A DNA stretch of 64,000 bases from Dehalococcoidia bacterium (GTDB lineage: Bacteria > Chloroflexota > Dehalococcoidia > UBA6926): positions 32,001 to 96,000 of the forward strand of contig CAXXET010000008.1 in assembly GCA_963666115.2 (NCBI GenBank), read 5' to 3'. The notes under the pieces are model-generated. The model saw only the letters and a program-made list of their open reading frames with translations. It did no database searches and was not told the DNA's origin. Each line of letters starts with the position of its first letter. Position 1 is the first letter of the stretch. Below are positions 9,635 to 19,452 of the stretch, piece by piece. The position numbers and the translations under genes are program-made.

Positions 9635-9752
9635 CCACCCCTCCCCGCATGCCACGCGCCCACACATCACGCCGCCTCAAACCGCCCCAGCCGCCTGTAC
9701 ACTATGAGTATGGCATGACACTCCTTCAGATGAAGCGCAAGGAGGGGAACAC

Positions 9753-10019
9753 ATGAAACAACTCACCGTTAGAGGATTCGACGACGAACTAAGCGAGTGC
9801 ATCCGCCGAGAAGCCGAGCAGGAGGGAATCTCCCTCAGCAAGGCAGCCCTGCGGTTGCTGCGCCGCGGAGCGGGCCTGCCTCAGCCTACTGTCAAGCCAC
9901 CAGAAATCGGGCGTTCTCTGGATCGATTTGCGGGGGTATGGACGAAGGAGGAGGCCGAAGAGTTCGACCGAATCATCAAGGAGAGCTTTGAGGGCATCGA
10001 TGACGAGGATTGGCAGTGA
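9753..10019 (+). CDS. Antitoxin with ribbon-helix-helix-like N-terminus (copy A)
   Basis: MKQLTVRGFDDEL...GISLSKAALRLL; acidic tail; overlaps vapC start. Confidence 0.8.
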   Translation: MKQLTVRGFDDELSECIRREAEQEGISLSKAALRLLRRGAGLPQPTVKPPEIGRSLDRFAGVWTKEEAEEFDRIIKESFEGIDDEDWQ

Positions 10020-10414
10020 ATGCCCTCCTTGATACGAACGCATACTCAGCGTTCTTCGCGAACAATCCCCAGGTATTGATGCTGATACGGGGTGCAGACC
10101 ATGTCTACATTTCAGCCATTGTTCTTGGTGAGCTGTTGCAGGGTTTCCTAGGCGGGTCACGTTTCGAGCAGAATAACCGGCTCCTGCAGGAGTTCCTCAT
10201 GGACTCAAGAGTGTCGGTCCTGAATGTGACCGCGACGACCGCTGGTTACTACGCTGAAATACGTCAATCTCTCCGCGCCAAGGGCCGCCCCATCCCGACG
10301 AACGATATATGGATTGCCGCCCACGCCATGGAAACCGGCGCGGAACTGATCTCAGCAGACCGCCACTTTGAAGAGGTGGACGGCCTGGCATGGGCGAGGG
10401 TGGGGGCAACGTAG
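10016..10414 (+). CDS. vapC: VapC (PIN-domain) toxin
   Basis: LLDTNAYS, IVLGEL, IPTNDIWIAAHA, SADRHF. Confidence 0.92.
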   Translation: MNALLDTNAYSAFFANNPQVLMLIRGADHVYISAIVLGELLQGFLGGSRFEQNNRLLQEFLMDSRVSVLNVTATTAGYYAEIRQSLRAKGRPIPTNDIWIAAHAMETGAELISADRHFEEVDGLAWARVGAT

Positions 10415-10569
10415 GCGCTTGTGAGCACCCTACTCCCAACCGCCCACGCCGCTAAGAGTATGGAGCGGGAGGGGGTGCAGGGCGGCACAGACGTCACCTT
10501 GACGCTCAAACACGCCACACTGACAATGACTGGCACGACACTCCGGCGCGTGTGGCGCGAGGGGGGCAG

Positions 10570-10899
10570 ATGAAGCAACTGACAGTTAGAGGATTCGACG
10601 ACGAACTGAGCGAACACATCCGCCGGGAGGCTGAGCAGGAGGGCATCTCCCTCAGCAAGGTAGCCCTGAGGCTGCTGCGGCGCGGAGCGGGGCTGCCGTC
10701 GCCAAAGGCACGGAAGGACGAAGCGGGGTTGCGGTTTGACGAGAACTCCGGCCCCTCCGGCGTCGATCCTGGCACGCTACGCAGGCTCGCAAGACTTCCT
10801 GTAGAACAACGCGAGGTGGTTCTGTCGGGCGCATCCGTTCTCGTAGATGCCGAAGAAACTGAGGCATGGGACTCAACCCTGAACGACGGGCTGGACTAG
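10570..10899 (+). CDS. Antitoxin copy B: same N-terminus as copy A, unrelated C-terminus
   Basis: First ~43 aa nearly identical to 9753 ORF; lies upstream of the MazF-like gene. Confidence 0.75.
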   Translation: MKQLTVRGFDDELSEHIRREAEQEGISLSKVALRLLRRGAGLPSPKARKDEAGLRFDENSGPSGVDPGTLRRLARLPVEQREVVLSGASVLVDAEETEAWDSTLNDGLD

Positions 10900-10913
10900 G
10901 GACGGGCCGCGCT

Positions 10914-11273
10914 TTGACTACTAATGCCCCAACACGTGGCGAGGTCTGGCTGGTACGGATGCCCCAGGCCGTAGGGGTTGAATTGCAGCGAGATCGCCCC
11001 GCAGTCGTCATTAGTTCCAGTACATTTGATGAGCAGGATGTCCGTATTGTCGTGCCGCTTTCGAGTTGGCGAGACGGGTTCGCTGGAAGACTCAACAAAG
11101 TTCCGATTCAACCCGATGAGCAGAATGGTCTGAATGCAGTTTCGGCGGCCGATTTCCTACAAGTTCGCAGCATTTCTACCCAGCGGTTCCTAAGGCGCAT
11201 AGGCGAACTAGATGCCACCTTGGTCGAAGAAATCGTCGCCGGTGTGGCCGTCGCCATCGAGTACCAGCCTTAG
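10914..11273 (+). CDS. mazF: PemK/MazF family toxin
   Basis: RGEVWLV...GVELQRDRPAVVIS...VVPLS...NGL...QVRSIS.QR. Confidence 0.88.
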   Translation: MTTNAPTRGEVWLVRMPQAVGVELQRDRPAVVISSSTFDEQDVRIVVPLSSWRDGFAGRLNKVPIQPDEQNGLNAVSAADFLQVRSISTQRFLRRIGELDATLVEEIVAGVAVAIEYQP

Positions 11274-11288
11274 GACGCTCGACTATTT

Positions 11289-11363
11289 GTTGATCTCATC
11301 TCACCAGACAGCCATCTCGAGCGGGTGGGTGGCTCCGCGTGGGCGAAGGTGGGGCTAGGATAG
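11289..11363 (+). pseudogene. 3' remnant of a second vapC
   Basis: VDLISPDSHLERVGGSAWAKVGLG* aligns ungapped to AELISADRHFEEVDGLAWARVGAT* of the 10016 VapC. Confidence 0.75.
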
Positions 11364-11381
11364 CCAATCGGGTCACCGACC

Positions 11382-12371
11382 TTACTGAGTCCTAATGAAC
11401 TCTATGCAACTATGACAGAACCGTTCCTCTTCTCCATTCTTAGCAAATCCGGTCGGTTCGTCACAGCGGAGACAATACAGCAGCCGCTCACCATACTCTC
11501 CGCAAAAGGAGCACATATAAATCCTCTCTTCACCACTCTGACCTGGCAAATGGACTATCAAGCCCTCCTCGCATTCCTCACACCAAGGTAGTCCTCCGTT
11601 CTCATCTGACGTCTTCCAATCAATATCAGCGGCGTTATGAATTGCCAGGGTTATGGGATTAGGAACTACCCCACAGAACTTACAATTCGTGTCGTCCGCG
11701 TCAATGACAACGGCATGTTGCCAGCACTCCGAGCATTCCCAAGTTCGGCTACCGATCAAGCCTCCCCGGATATTCTCCAAGCGGGCTTCAACAAACTCCT
11801 TATTCGTGCGCAAGTGGTTTAGTATTTTCGCCCATGTCGCTTCATTGCTGATGTTGCCTGGCAGTGAGTTGCCGTCATCTCGAAAGAAGGAATAGCAGAA
11901 GTCCAAGCACACTGCCAGTAGTGCCCTCACTTGCTCGATTCCCAGATCAGCCTTGTAGTGCCGTAATCGATTTCTAAGGTTTCTAATTTCGTTAAGGCGC
12001 TCTTCGCGTTCTGTACCTATCTGGATTCCCACTATATTCTTGAGTCGTTCAATGGCCATAGGAAGATCGACGGATCGGAAATCACCTTGGCGTAGCTTTG
12101 TTTGGCTAGCCCGATCAGTATCCGCAAAGAGCAGTGTCCAATGCTCTTTCTCCAGTCTCGCCTTAATCAGTAATTCTATGCCATCAACAAGATGTAATGC
12201 AGCATACTTCAAGTCTCGAGGCGTCCCCGCGTCAGCGTGTTCAGCAGCACTCAGTACGAAATCTAATCCGTTTTCCAATAGCCCTAATTGAAACTTCGGT
12301 TCTTGCTCCTCAATGGATGTCCCCTGCCTAGCATGCGAATCTTCGCTGTCACTTGAGTTCGAGTTTGCCAA
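11382..12371 (-). CDS. Putative HEPN-like domain protein with C-terminal multi-CxxC Zn fingers
   Basis: ELLIKARL helix, Rx4H motif RNRLRH, six CxxC pairs; low GC. Confidence 0.6.
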   Translation of the reverse strand: MANSNSSDSEDSHARQGTSIEEQEPKFQLGLLENGLDFVLSAAEHADAGTPRDLKYAALHLVDGIELLIKARLEKEHWTLLFADTDRASQTKLRQGDFRSVDLPMAIERLKNIVGIQIGTEREERLNEIRNLRNRLRHYKADLGIEQVRALLAVCLDFCYSFFRDDGNSLPGNISNEATWAKILNHLRTNKEFVEARLENIRGGLIGSRTWECSECWQHAVVIDADDTNCKFCGVVPNPITLAIHNAADIDWKTSDENGGLPWCEECEEGLIVHLPGQSGEERIYMCSFCGEYGERLLYCLRCDEPTGFAKNGEEERFCHSCIEFIRTQ

Positions 12372-12429
12372 TTCTGCCCTCTTTCGTACTGTCTCGTCTT
12401 CTGTGCTTCTCGTCTCGCCGCTCCTCTAC

Positions 12430-14682
12430 CTACCCACCCCTCCCCCGCAACCCCTCCAACACCCCCTCCGGGTGAATCGGAATCTCATAAGGCCGCACCC
12501 CCACCGCGTCATACACCGCGTTCGCGATAGCAGCCGCCGTCGTGATGTTCGAATGCTCTCCCACCGCCTTGATGTTGTAGTTGCCCCAGCCGCTCGGCGC
12601 TTCCACCAGGATCGTCTCCAGTTCCGGGATGTCCGGCTGCGTCGGCGCCTTATAGTCCGCCAGCGACGGGTTGGACACGCGCCCGGACTCATCCACCGTC
12701 AGGTCCTCCATCATCGCGTGCCCCAGCGCCTGCACCAGGCCGCCCTCCACCTGCCCGTGGAACCCAATCGGATTCAGCACGCGCCCCACGTCGTGAACCG
12801 CCGTCACCTTCTCCACCGTCACGTTGCCCGTGTCCGGATCGACGCTGACCTCCGCCACCTGCGCCACGAACGACGTCATCGGCGACATCATGTCCGGCCC
12901 GCCCTCCGGCGGCCTGTTGCGCCCTGAGATCGGCTCGCCGCGCCGCCGCGCGATGTCCTCCATCGGCACGCTTTCATCCGTGCGCGTGTTGACCAGAGAA
13001 CCGTTCGCGTACTCGACCACGGACTCGTCCCAACCGTTGAACTCCGCCGCCAGGCGCTTGAGCGTCGTCTTGACCTCCGTCGAGGCATCCGTCGCCGCCA
13101 TCGGGCCGACCCGTGACGCGCGTGAGCCGCCAAAGCCGAGATCAGGGACATCGTCGAAGAATTCGTCTGTGCTGAACGGCACGACGTTGATGCGCTCCAG
13201 TTCGACCTGCATCTCTTCCGCGACCGTCTGCCGGATGAGCGTGTTGACGCCGGTTCCAGGGTCGAAGAACGACGTGCGCGCGGTGAGCGTGCCGTCCTCG
13301 TTGACGATGACGGCGGCCTGCGTGTTCCCGCCGTACTGCGGGCGGTGGCCGTAGGCGATGCCGCGCCCGACGTTCGCGGGGCGCGGCTCCGCCATCTTGC
13401 CGGCGCGCGCCGCCTCCTCGATGATCTTGTCCGCGATGATGCCGGTGAACTGGTGGCCCGTCGGCGTCTCATCGCCCTCCCGCACCACGTTCTTCAGGCG
13501 GAACTCGACCGGGTCCATGCCCAGCTCCTCCGCGATGATGTCCATCATGGACTCGCCCGCGAAGATGCCCTGCACCTCGCCCGGCCCGCGCTGGAAGCCG
13601 CCAGGCACCGTGTTCGTCGCCACCTGCCACGTGTCGATGCGCGTGTTGGGGATGCGGTACGGCCCCGCCACCTCATTCGCCCCGGGCAGGCTGCCGCTCG
13701 GCGAATACGCGCGGTACGCCCCTGCGTTGAAATAGATATCGGACTCCCACGCCGTGATCGTCCCGTCGCGTTTCACGCCCACCTTGACGTTCACCTCGGA
13801 GCGGTGGCGCGGATTCATCGCCATCAACTCCTCCGAGTAGTCCATGGCGAACTTGACCGGGCGCCCCGTCTTCTCGGCCAGCGCATAGCAGATCGGCACG
13901 CCGACGATGTCGCCCTTGCCGCCGAAATCCCCGCCCACGTAGGCGAAATTGATGACGACCTGCGAAACGTCGCGCCCGGTCAGCGCCGCGATTGCCGCGC
14001 GGTTGGACATGGGCGACTTCGTCCCGATCCACGTCTGCACCGTGCCGTCGTCGTCGATGGCGACGACGCAGTTGTGCGGCTCAAGATAGAGTTGGTGCGT
14101 GCGGGACGTCTCGAAATCACGCTCGATGATCAGGTCGGCCTCCGCCATTCCCGCCTCAACATCCCCCTTGCTCCAGTTATTGTGGACGACGAGATTGGAG
14201 GGGCCGTCGAGTGGATCGGTGACGCCGCCGTAGCTGTTGAAATCAGGGTGGAGGATCGGGGCGTCCGGGGCGCGTCCCTCGGCGATAGTGACGACGGCAG
14301 GCAACTCCTCGTACTCCACCTCGATGAGCGTCAGCGCCGTGTCCGCCGTTTCCTCATCGTCCGCTGCAACCGCCGCCACCTTGTCGCCGATGTAGAGCGC
14401 GCGATCCCAGGCGATGATCGGTTCGTCCTGGATCGTCTTGCCCCACCGCTGCCCCTCCACGTCCTTGCCGGTAATGACCGCATGGACGCCGGGCAGCGCA
14501 AGCGCGGCAGACGCATCGATGGACACAATGCGGGCATGGGCATACGGAGAGCGCAGCGCCTTGCACCACAGCGTGCCCGGCGGAAGCACGTCTATAGAGT
14601 ACTTGCCCATGCCGGTCACCTTCTCCGGCCCATCCGCCCGCCCAACAGGCTGCCCAATAACGCGATGCTCTGTCGTTGCCAT
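12430..14682 (-). CDS. Xanthine dehydrogenase family molybdopterin-binding large subunit
   Basis: LRSPYAHARI, VGGDFGGKG, GQVEGGLVQALG, AIANAVYDAVG. Confidence 0.9.
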   Translation of the reverse strand: MATTEHRVIGQPVGRADGPEKVTGMGKYSIDVLPPGTLWCKALRSPYAHARIVSIDASAALALPGVHAVITGKDVEGQRWGKTIQDEPIIAWDRALYIGDKVAAVAADDEETADTALTLIEVEYEELPAVVTIAEGRAPDAPILHPDFNSYGGVTDPLDGPSNLVVHNNWSKGDVEAGMAEADLIIERDFETSRTHQLYLEPHNCVVAIDDDGTVQTWIGTKSPMSNRAAIAALTGRDVSQVVINFAYVGGDFGGKGDIVGVPICYALAEKTGRPVKFAMDYSEELMAMNPRHRSEVNVKVGVKRDGTITAWESDIYFNAGAYRAYSPSGSLPGANEVAGPYRIPNTRIDTWQVATNTVPGGFQRGPGEVQGIFAGESMMDIIAEELGMDPVEFRLKNVVREGDETPTGHQFTGIIADKIIEEAARAGKMAEPRPANVGRGIAYGHRPQYGGNTQAAVIVNEDGTLTARTSFFDPGTGVNTLIRQTVAEEMQVELERINVVPFSTDEFFDDVPDLGFGGSRASRVGPMAATDASTEVKTTLKRLAAEFNGWDESVVEYANGSLVNTRTDESVPMEDIARRRGEPISGRNRPPEGGPDMMSPMTSFVAQVAEVSVDPDTGNVTVEKVTAVHDVGRVLNPIGFHGQVEGGLVQALGHAMMEDLTVDESGRVSNPSLADYKAPTQPDIPELETILVEAPSGWGNYNIKAVGEHSNITTAAAIANAVYDAVGVRPYEIPIHPEGVLEGLRGRGG

Positions 14683-14789
14683 GAACGTTGTCCCTTTCCT
14701 ACAGGGTTGTCACCCGCTAACTCCAATCTCCGCTGCGCCAATGTCCACCAAGTATAGCCCGCCCACCCGCCTACGATGTGTCCGAAGGG

Positions 14790-15329
14790 CTAGCCCGGCT
14801 TCTGGAACTTGGCATCGATCGCTCGCCGCTCGGCGTGGTCCATGCCCCACCACGTCGGCCAGTCCGTGTCGTCGCTCTCGGCAGGGAGGTCGCCCAGCAG
14901 GGCGGACGCGCGCCTCACGATGGCGGTGACAAGCCCCGAATCGTAGGCCGCGCCAAGACAGCCCTCATCGAGGCGATCCTGACGGATGAGCACGGTAATC
15001 ACGCGACTCAAATCCAACGGGCTTGCGCCCTCGATGGCCGATGCGTCACTCATCAGGCGTTGGCCCTCAGGCGTCCCCTTCCAGTCCACCCACTCAAACC
15101 CCTGCACCCAGCCGTTGTCGTTGCAGTACTCAAAGAAGTCGCGCCCCACGCGGGAGAGGCGGTACCACCTGCCGCGGCCCGGCTGATCCACCCACTCGCC
15201 GAACTCAAAGCCCGGCTGCCCAAAAGGACGCTCATATACCGCAAGCGCGTTCAGCCGCCTGGCGAGCGGCCCCGCGTCCGAAGCCCGCATCGCAATGTCT
15301 TTCCGCATCCGGTCTCGTTCGGTCGCCAT
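14790..15329 (-). CDS. DUF6508-like protein
   Basis: ITVLIRQDRLDEG.L...YDSGLVTAIVRR; FEWVDW. Confidence 0.6.
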   Translation of the reverse strand: MATERDRMRKDIAMRASDAGPLARRLNALAVYERPFGQPGFEFGEWVDQPGRGRWYRLSRVGRDFFEYCNDNGWVQGFEWVDWKGTPEGQRLMSDASAIEGASPLDLSRVITVLIRQDRLDEGCLGAAYDSGLVTAIVRRASALLGDLPAESDDTDWPTWWGMDHAERRAIDAKFQKPG

Positions 15330-15444
15330 CCACGCACCCCCAAGTACTGTCTGCCACCCACGTTGAGCCGCACTCCACTACGATACGCCGTTGTGCCGCG
15401 CGAAACACGTTTGGACGCGGGGCGGGAACTGCTACCGTTATTTC

Positions 15445-16203
15445 GTGACTACGCCCGCGCATACGGATAGCAACAACGTCGCCGACGACCTGCCCCTGCT
15501 GCGGCAGTGGGCGGAGCGCGTCGGCGCGCCATTGACTGAGCGGCAACTCGATGCGTTCCGCATCTACCGGGGTGAGTTGCTGAACTGGAACGCCGCACGC
15601 GCCAACCTGACCGCGATTACGGACCCCACTGAGGTTGAATCACGCCTGTTCCTCGAAAGCCTCCTGTGCGCCGCCGCGCTGCCGTCGACAGCCGGCACGC
15701 GACTTATCGACGTCGGCTCCGGCGGCGGCTTCCCCGGCCTGCCCCTCGCGATCGCCTTCCCCGAACTGGACGTCACCCTGCTGGAGGCGACGGGCAAGAA
15801 GGTTGAGTTCCTAGAGCACGTGATTGAGCGTCTCGGGTTGGCGAACGCTCGCGCCGTCCATGCCCGCGCCGAGACCCTGGCACGCGACGATGACCACCGT
15901 GAGCAGTACGATGCCGCCACGGCCCGCGCCCTTGCCCCGCTGCGAACGCTGGCGGAGCTCTGCCTCCCGTTCGTTCGCGTCGGCGGCGCTCTCATCGCGC
16001 CGAAAGGCGCGGACGCGGAGCGAGAAATCCATGAGGCGGCGAACGCGCTGTCGGCGCTTGGCGGCGAGCCGGAGGGCATCATCTCGCCCGATCCGGATAC
16101 GCCCATTCCTCCCGATCATCGCATCGTAATCATCCGCAAGACCGCGCCGACGCCGGACGCATACCCCCGCCGCAACGGCGTGCCCGCGCGCAGGCCGCTG
16201 TAG
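15445..16203 (+). CDS. rsmG: 16S rRNA m7G527 methyltransferase
   Basis: NLTAI, IDVGSGGGFPGLPL, ARALAPL, YPRRNGVP. Confidence 0.93.
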   Translation: MTTPAHTDSNNVADDLPLLRQWAERVGAPLTERQLDAFRIYRGELLNWNAARANLTAITDPTEVESRLFLESLLCAAALPSTAGTRLIDVGSGGGFPGLPLAIAFPELDVTLLEATGKKVEFLEHVIERLGLANARAVHARAETLARDDDHREQYDAATARALAPLRTLAELCLPFVRVGGALIAPKGADAEREIHEAANALSALGGEPEGIISPDPDTPIPPDHRIVIIRKTAPTPDAYPRRNGVPARRPL

Positions 16204-16205
16204 CC

Positions 16206-17210
16206 GTGTCCCAGCCCGACAACATCAACTCCCGGCCCGGCGCGCTCCGCCGCCGCATCCTCCATCCGGCCACGCTCATCTCATTCGCCGTCGCCATCCT
16301 CCTGCTGGTTGCGCTGGCGCGAGGCGTGGACGTCAGTTTCGCGGACATGGCGCGAGCGATTGCCGATGCCAACCCGCTCCTGATCGCCGCCGCCCTTGTC
16401 ACGTACTATGTCAACTTCCCACTGCGCGGAATCCGGTGGCGGCTGATGGCGCTCAACGCGCAGGACGAGCCGAGGCCGCTGCCGTCCGCCGCCGCATTCA
16501 GCGAGACCGTCTTTCTTGGGTGGTTCGTCAACGCCATCTCCTGGTTCCGCATGGGCGACCCGTACCGCGCCTACGTGATCTCCCGCCAGCCGGACGGCGA
16601 GTCCTACCCGCGACTGCTCGGCACGGTCCTGGCCGAGCGGGTGGTGGACGCCGTAACCTTCGCCGGCATCCTGCTGCCCGTCGGCGCCCTCATCTGGGCG
16701 GACGCGGGCGGCGCGACGACGGCCGTCATCGGCCTCGCGGTCGCTCTTGGAGGAGGCGGCATCTTCCTGGTGACCTGGATGGCGCTCTTCGGAGACCGCC
16801 TCACAGGGAGGCTGCCCATCGCAATCCGCGAGTGGGTAGAGCGTCTGCGAATAGGCGCGCTCCTCAGCCTCAACGGCAGGCGATGGCGCATTTCCCTGCT
16901 AAGCATCGGGGCGTGGGCGGCAGAGGTCGGACGGCTATTGCTGGTCAGCTGGGCGCTCGGATTCGATATCCCGTTCCCGGTGATCGCCTTCGTCGCCCTC
17001 GCCCACAACCTGATCACCGCAATCCCCGCCACCCCAGGCGGCCTCGGCATCGCCGAAGCAGGCATGATAGGCCTCCTCCTCCCCTGGATGCCGCCGGAGG
17101 AGGCCGCCATCCTAACAGCCCTGGACCGAGCAATCTCCTGGCTAAGCGTAATCGCCCTAGGCGCCCTGCTAATAGCCTGGCGTGAAGGAGTCCGCCGGGG
17201 AAAGTACTAA
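16206..17210 (+). CDS. Lysylphosphatidylglycerol synthase TM/flippase-like (UPF0104) protein
   Basis: RGIRWRL, RMGDPYR, ERVVD, TPGGLGIAE. Confidence 0.85.
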   Translation: MSQPDNINSRPGALRRRILHPATLISFAVAILLLVALARGVDVSFADMARAIADANPLLIAAALVTYYVNFPLRGIRWRLMALNAQDEPRPLPSAAAFSETVFLGWFVNAISWFRMGDPYRAYVISRQPDGESYPRLLGTVLAERVVDAVTFAGILLPVGALIWADAGGATTAVIGLAVALGGGGIFLVTWMALFGDRLTGRLPIAIREWVERLRIGALLSLNGRRWRISLLSIGAWAAEVGRLLLVSWALGFDIPFPVIAFVALAHNLITAIPATPGGLGIAEAGMIGLLLPWMPPEEAAILTALDRAISWLSVIALGALLIAWREGVRRGKY

Positions 17211-17226
17211 AATGACCAGACCCATC

Positions 17227-17252
17227 CGTCATTCCCGCGAACGCGGGAATCT
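17227..17252. repeat. REP-like palindrome
   Basis: CGTCATTCCCGCGAACGCGGGAATCT; related copy at 35243. Confidence 0.7.
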
Positions 17253-17439
17253 AACCGCTGAGCCGCAGGACGGCGAACGTGATTGAGGACGCTATCACAG
17301 CCGACGCCAAGGCTGCGCTGAGCGTGACGCCTATCATCCACCCGATGAGGCGTGTTTCTATCCGGGCAAGGTCTTCCCTAGTCGGAAAGTGTTGGAACTC
17401 ACGACGCAGATCCTGCATCGTTATCGACTGATCTGCCAT
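17251..17439 (-). CDS. Small protein with coiled segment and C-terminal TM anchor
   Basis: PTREDLARIETRLIGWMIG followed by a hydrophobic helix; RBS GAGGA. Confidence 0.6.
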   Translation of the reverse strand: MADQSITMQDLRREFQHFPTREDLARIETRLIGWMIGVTLSAALASAVIASSITFAVLRLSG

Positions 17440-17559
17440 CAATCTTCCTCGTGAACTCCTTGCCACCCTCATTCTGCCATAGAGGCACCTCGCGGAACTC
17501 TTCGCCGTCGCCCGCCCGTACCCGCTGGTCGCGCCGGTCACGGCAAGCGGCCCCACTCA

Positions 17560-19389
17560 TCAGTGATCAGCACCTACTTCACGCAAGAGGTCTTCCGGAT
17601 TCCAAATCAGGCCCGCCAATTGCTGGTACAACTTGCCCCGTTCCTCCATGTCCATTCGCTTGAACTCGCGGTGCGCCCGGAATGGCATATGATTCCGCTC
17701 AACGAAGTCGAGAAAGCCTGGATTGTTGGTGTACGCCAACTCGTGAAGCGAGCGAGCAAGCAAGTTCTGGGAGTTGTAGTGTGGCAGTTTCTCTTCGTAG
17801 GGCAGATCGCCGTAGCTCGCGTTGAACTGCTTCGGCAGGAGCAGGAGTCCACCCACCCGGTTTCGATACTCAGAGAAGTCTGCGGCGTGAGTGAACTCAT
17901 CTGCGTGGTATTCATGGCGATTAGCCCAGATATGCTCCACTTCATAGCGTGTCCTTCCCGTTGCGACATACTCGTGGTATCGCGAAGGCTGACCCGACTG
18001 TGTCTCAACGAAATCGGTCATGCGAGCCAAGAGGCGATGCAGGGCATAGCGGTTTTGCTGGTGAACCGTTAGCCGATCGTTGGAGACAAACGTTTCCTCC
18101 TCCCGGCCCAGACGTTCATACAAGTACTTGGCCAACTCTCTGGGCTCCAGCCCGCGTATGTCACGCATAACCAGAAACATGGCGTACTGCATGGTCGAAT
18201 AGGCGATCGATCTGAAGTTCCATATGCGCCACGCAATCAGGATATCGACGAAACGGGCAACCAGCCGCAGCTTGGTGCCGACTGTCTCCTCGTTGTCTCC
18301 GGTGCGCAGCGGGGCCAAGAGGAGCATGTCCTGCAAGGTGAACCCTTGTGCAGCGTTGTAATAGACGTGCTCCAGGCCGGAAACTAGTTTTTCCTGTGCC
18401 GCGCGGATCCGCAGGTATTGCTCGCTATAGAAAGCGAAATCGCGGCGGACAAAGTCGAAGAATCCGTCCTGTTGGCCCAGTCCGAGTCGTTCCTTCGTAT
18501 CATCCACCCACCGATGAAATTCAGTGCCGATTCGTTCAAAGTCTTGGGCGGAGGCGCCCTTTCGCCGCTCACGGATCGAGTTCGCAAACTGGCTCCGCAG
18601 CCACGCCTTGAAGAAGTCTGAGCCATGTTCGTCACCTTGCTCGCTCAGCACTTGGACGCGTCGCCGCCACAGTTCGTTCGCCTCCATACGTCGGCCTTGC
18701 TCCATGTTGGCAAGCAGGTAACCCTTCAGCATCTCCGTGGGGTTCAGCGAGAGTCCGCGATCATTCATTGTCTCGAAGATTGTGTACGCCTCTGCGTCGT
18801 CGTTCGCAGTGATCTCGACAAGGTCGACGTTATCGATCAACCAATCGATGAAGAAGGGTAGCGCTTCCTCCCGTAGCTCGTCGGGGAAATGCGATTCAAT
18901 ATCCTGATAGCGGTCATACAGGTTCGTAACCGATTCGTCTTGGTCGCTGGCATCGTAGCTTTCGCCGTCAAACAGCGCCCGCATGCAAGCTTCTCTCTCG
19001 GGAACATCCAAGAAGAAACTCTTTTTACCGAATTGCTCGGAGAAAATCAGGTGGTCGATGGAAACAGCATTATCTCGACCCTTCTGGAGCTTACGCAAGG
19101 CAATGAGAAGCAGTGTCAGAGTCGTTAGCCGCTGTTGCCCATCAACAATGAAGCTGTCGGTTCCTCGCTGGCTGATGATGACGGAACCAAGGAAGTAGCG
19201 GGGGAACTCCTTGACAGTTGTCCGAGGGATGCCGCTCTCATACTCCTCAAGGAACTTTTCGGTCAGATCGTTCAGTAACTCGCGGACCTGCTTCGCTTCC
19301 CAACGGTACTCGCGCTGGTAGTAGTCGATGGCGTATTTCACGCCCAGCAACTCTCGTACGCTCTTCCCTACTGCGCCAATCGGCCTCAT
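17560..19389 (-). CDS. GmrSD-type (DUF262 + DUF1524) modification-dependent restriction endonuclease
   Basis: YQREYRW, VDGQQRLTT, FETMNDRG; C-terminal EHIWA...GLLLLP..FNASYG. Confidence 0.88.
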   Translation of the reverse strand: MRPIGAVGKSVRELLGVKYAIDYYQREYRWEAKQVRELLNDLTEKFLEEYESGIPRTTVKEFPRYFLGSVIISQRGTDSFIVDGQQRLTTLTLLLIALRKLQKGRDNAVSIDHLIFSEQFGKKSFFLDVPEREACMRALFDGESYDASDQDESVTNLYDRYQDIESHFPDELREEALPFFIDWLIDNVDLVEITANDDAEAYTIFETMNDRGLSLNPTEMLKGYLLANMEQGRRMEANELWRRRVQVLSEQGDEHGSDFFKAWLRSQFANSIRERRKGASAQDFERIGTEFHRWVDDTKERLGLGQQDGFFDFVRRDFAFYSEQYLRIRAAQEKLVSGLEHVYYNAAQGFTLQDMLLLAPLRTGDNEETVGTKLRLVARFVDILIAWRIWNFRSIAYSTMQYAMFLVMRDIRGLEPRELAKYLYERLGREEETFVSNDRLTVHQQNRYALHRLLARMTDFVETQSGQPSRYHEYVATGRTRYEVEHIWANRHEYHADEFTHAADFSEYRNRVGGLLLLPKQFNASYGDLPYEEKLPHYNSQNLLARSLHELAYTNNPGFLDFVERNHMPFRAHREFKRMDMEERGKLYQQLAGLIWNPEDLLREVGADH

Positions 19390-19452
19390 CGTGACTCCCT
19401 AAAGTCGTGTCAGCAATCTCTCATCGTCCGCCTAGCATACACGCAGCCGCCC

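Noticed and set aside
12430-14682. Aerobic CO dehydrogenase CoxL
   Set aside because: Active-site loop reads GGFQRGPG, not AYxCSFR or AYxGAGR; no coxM/S adjacent.
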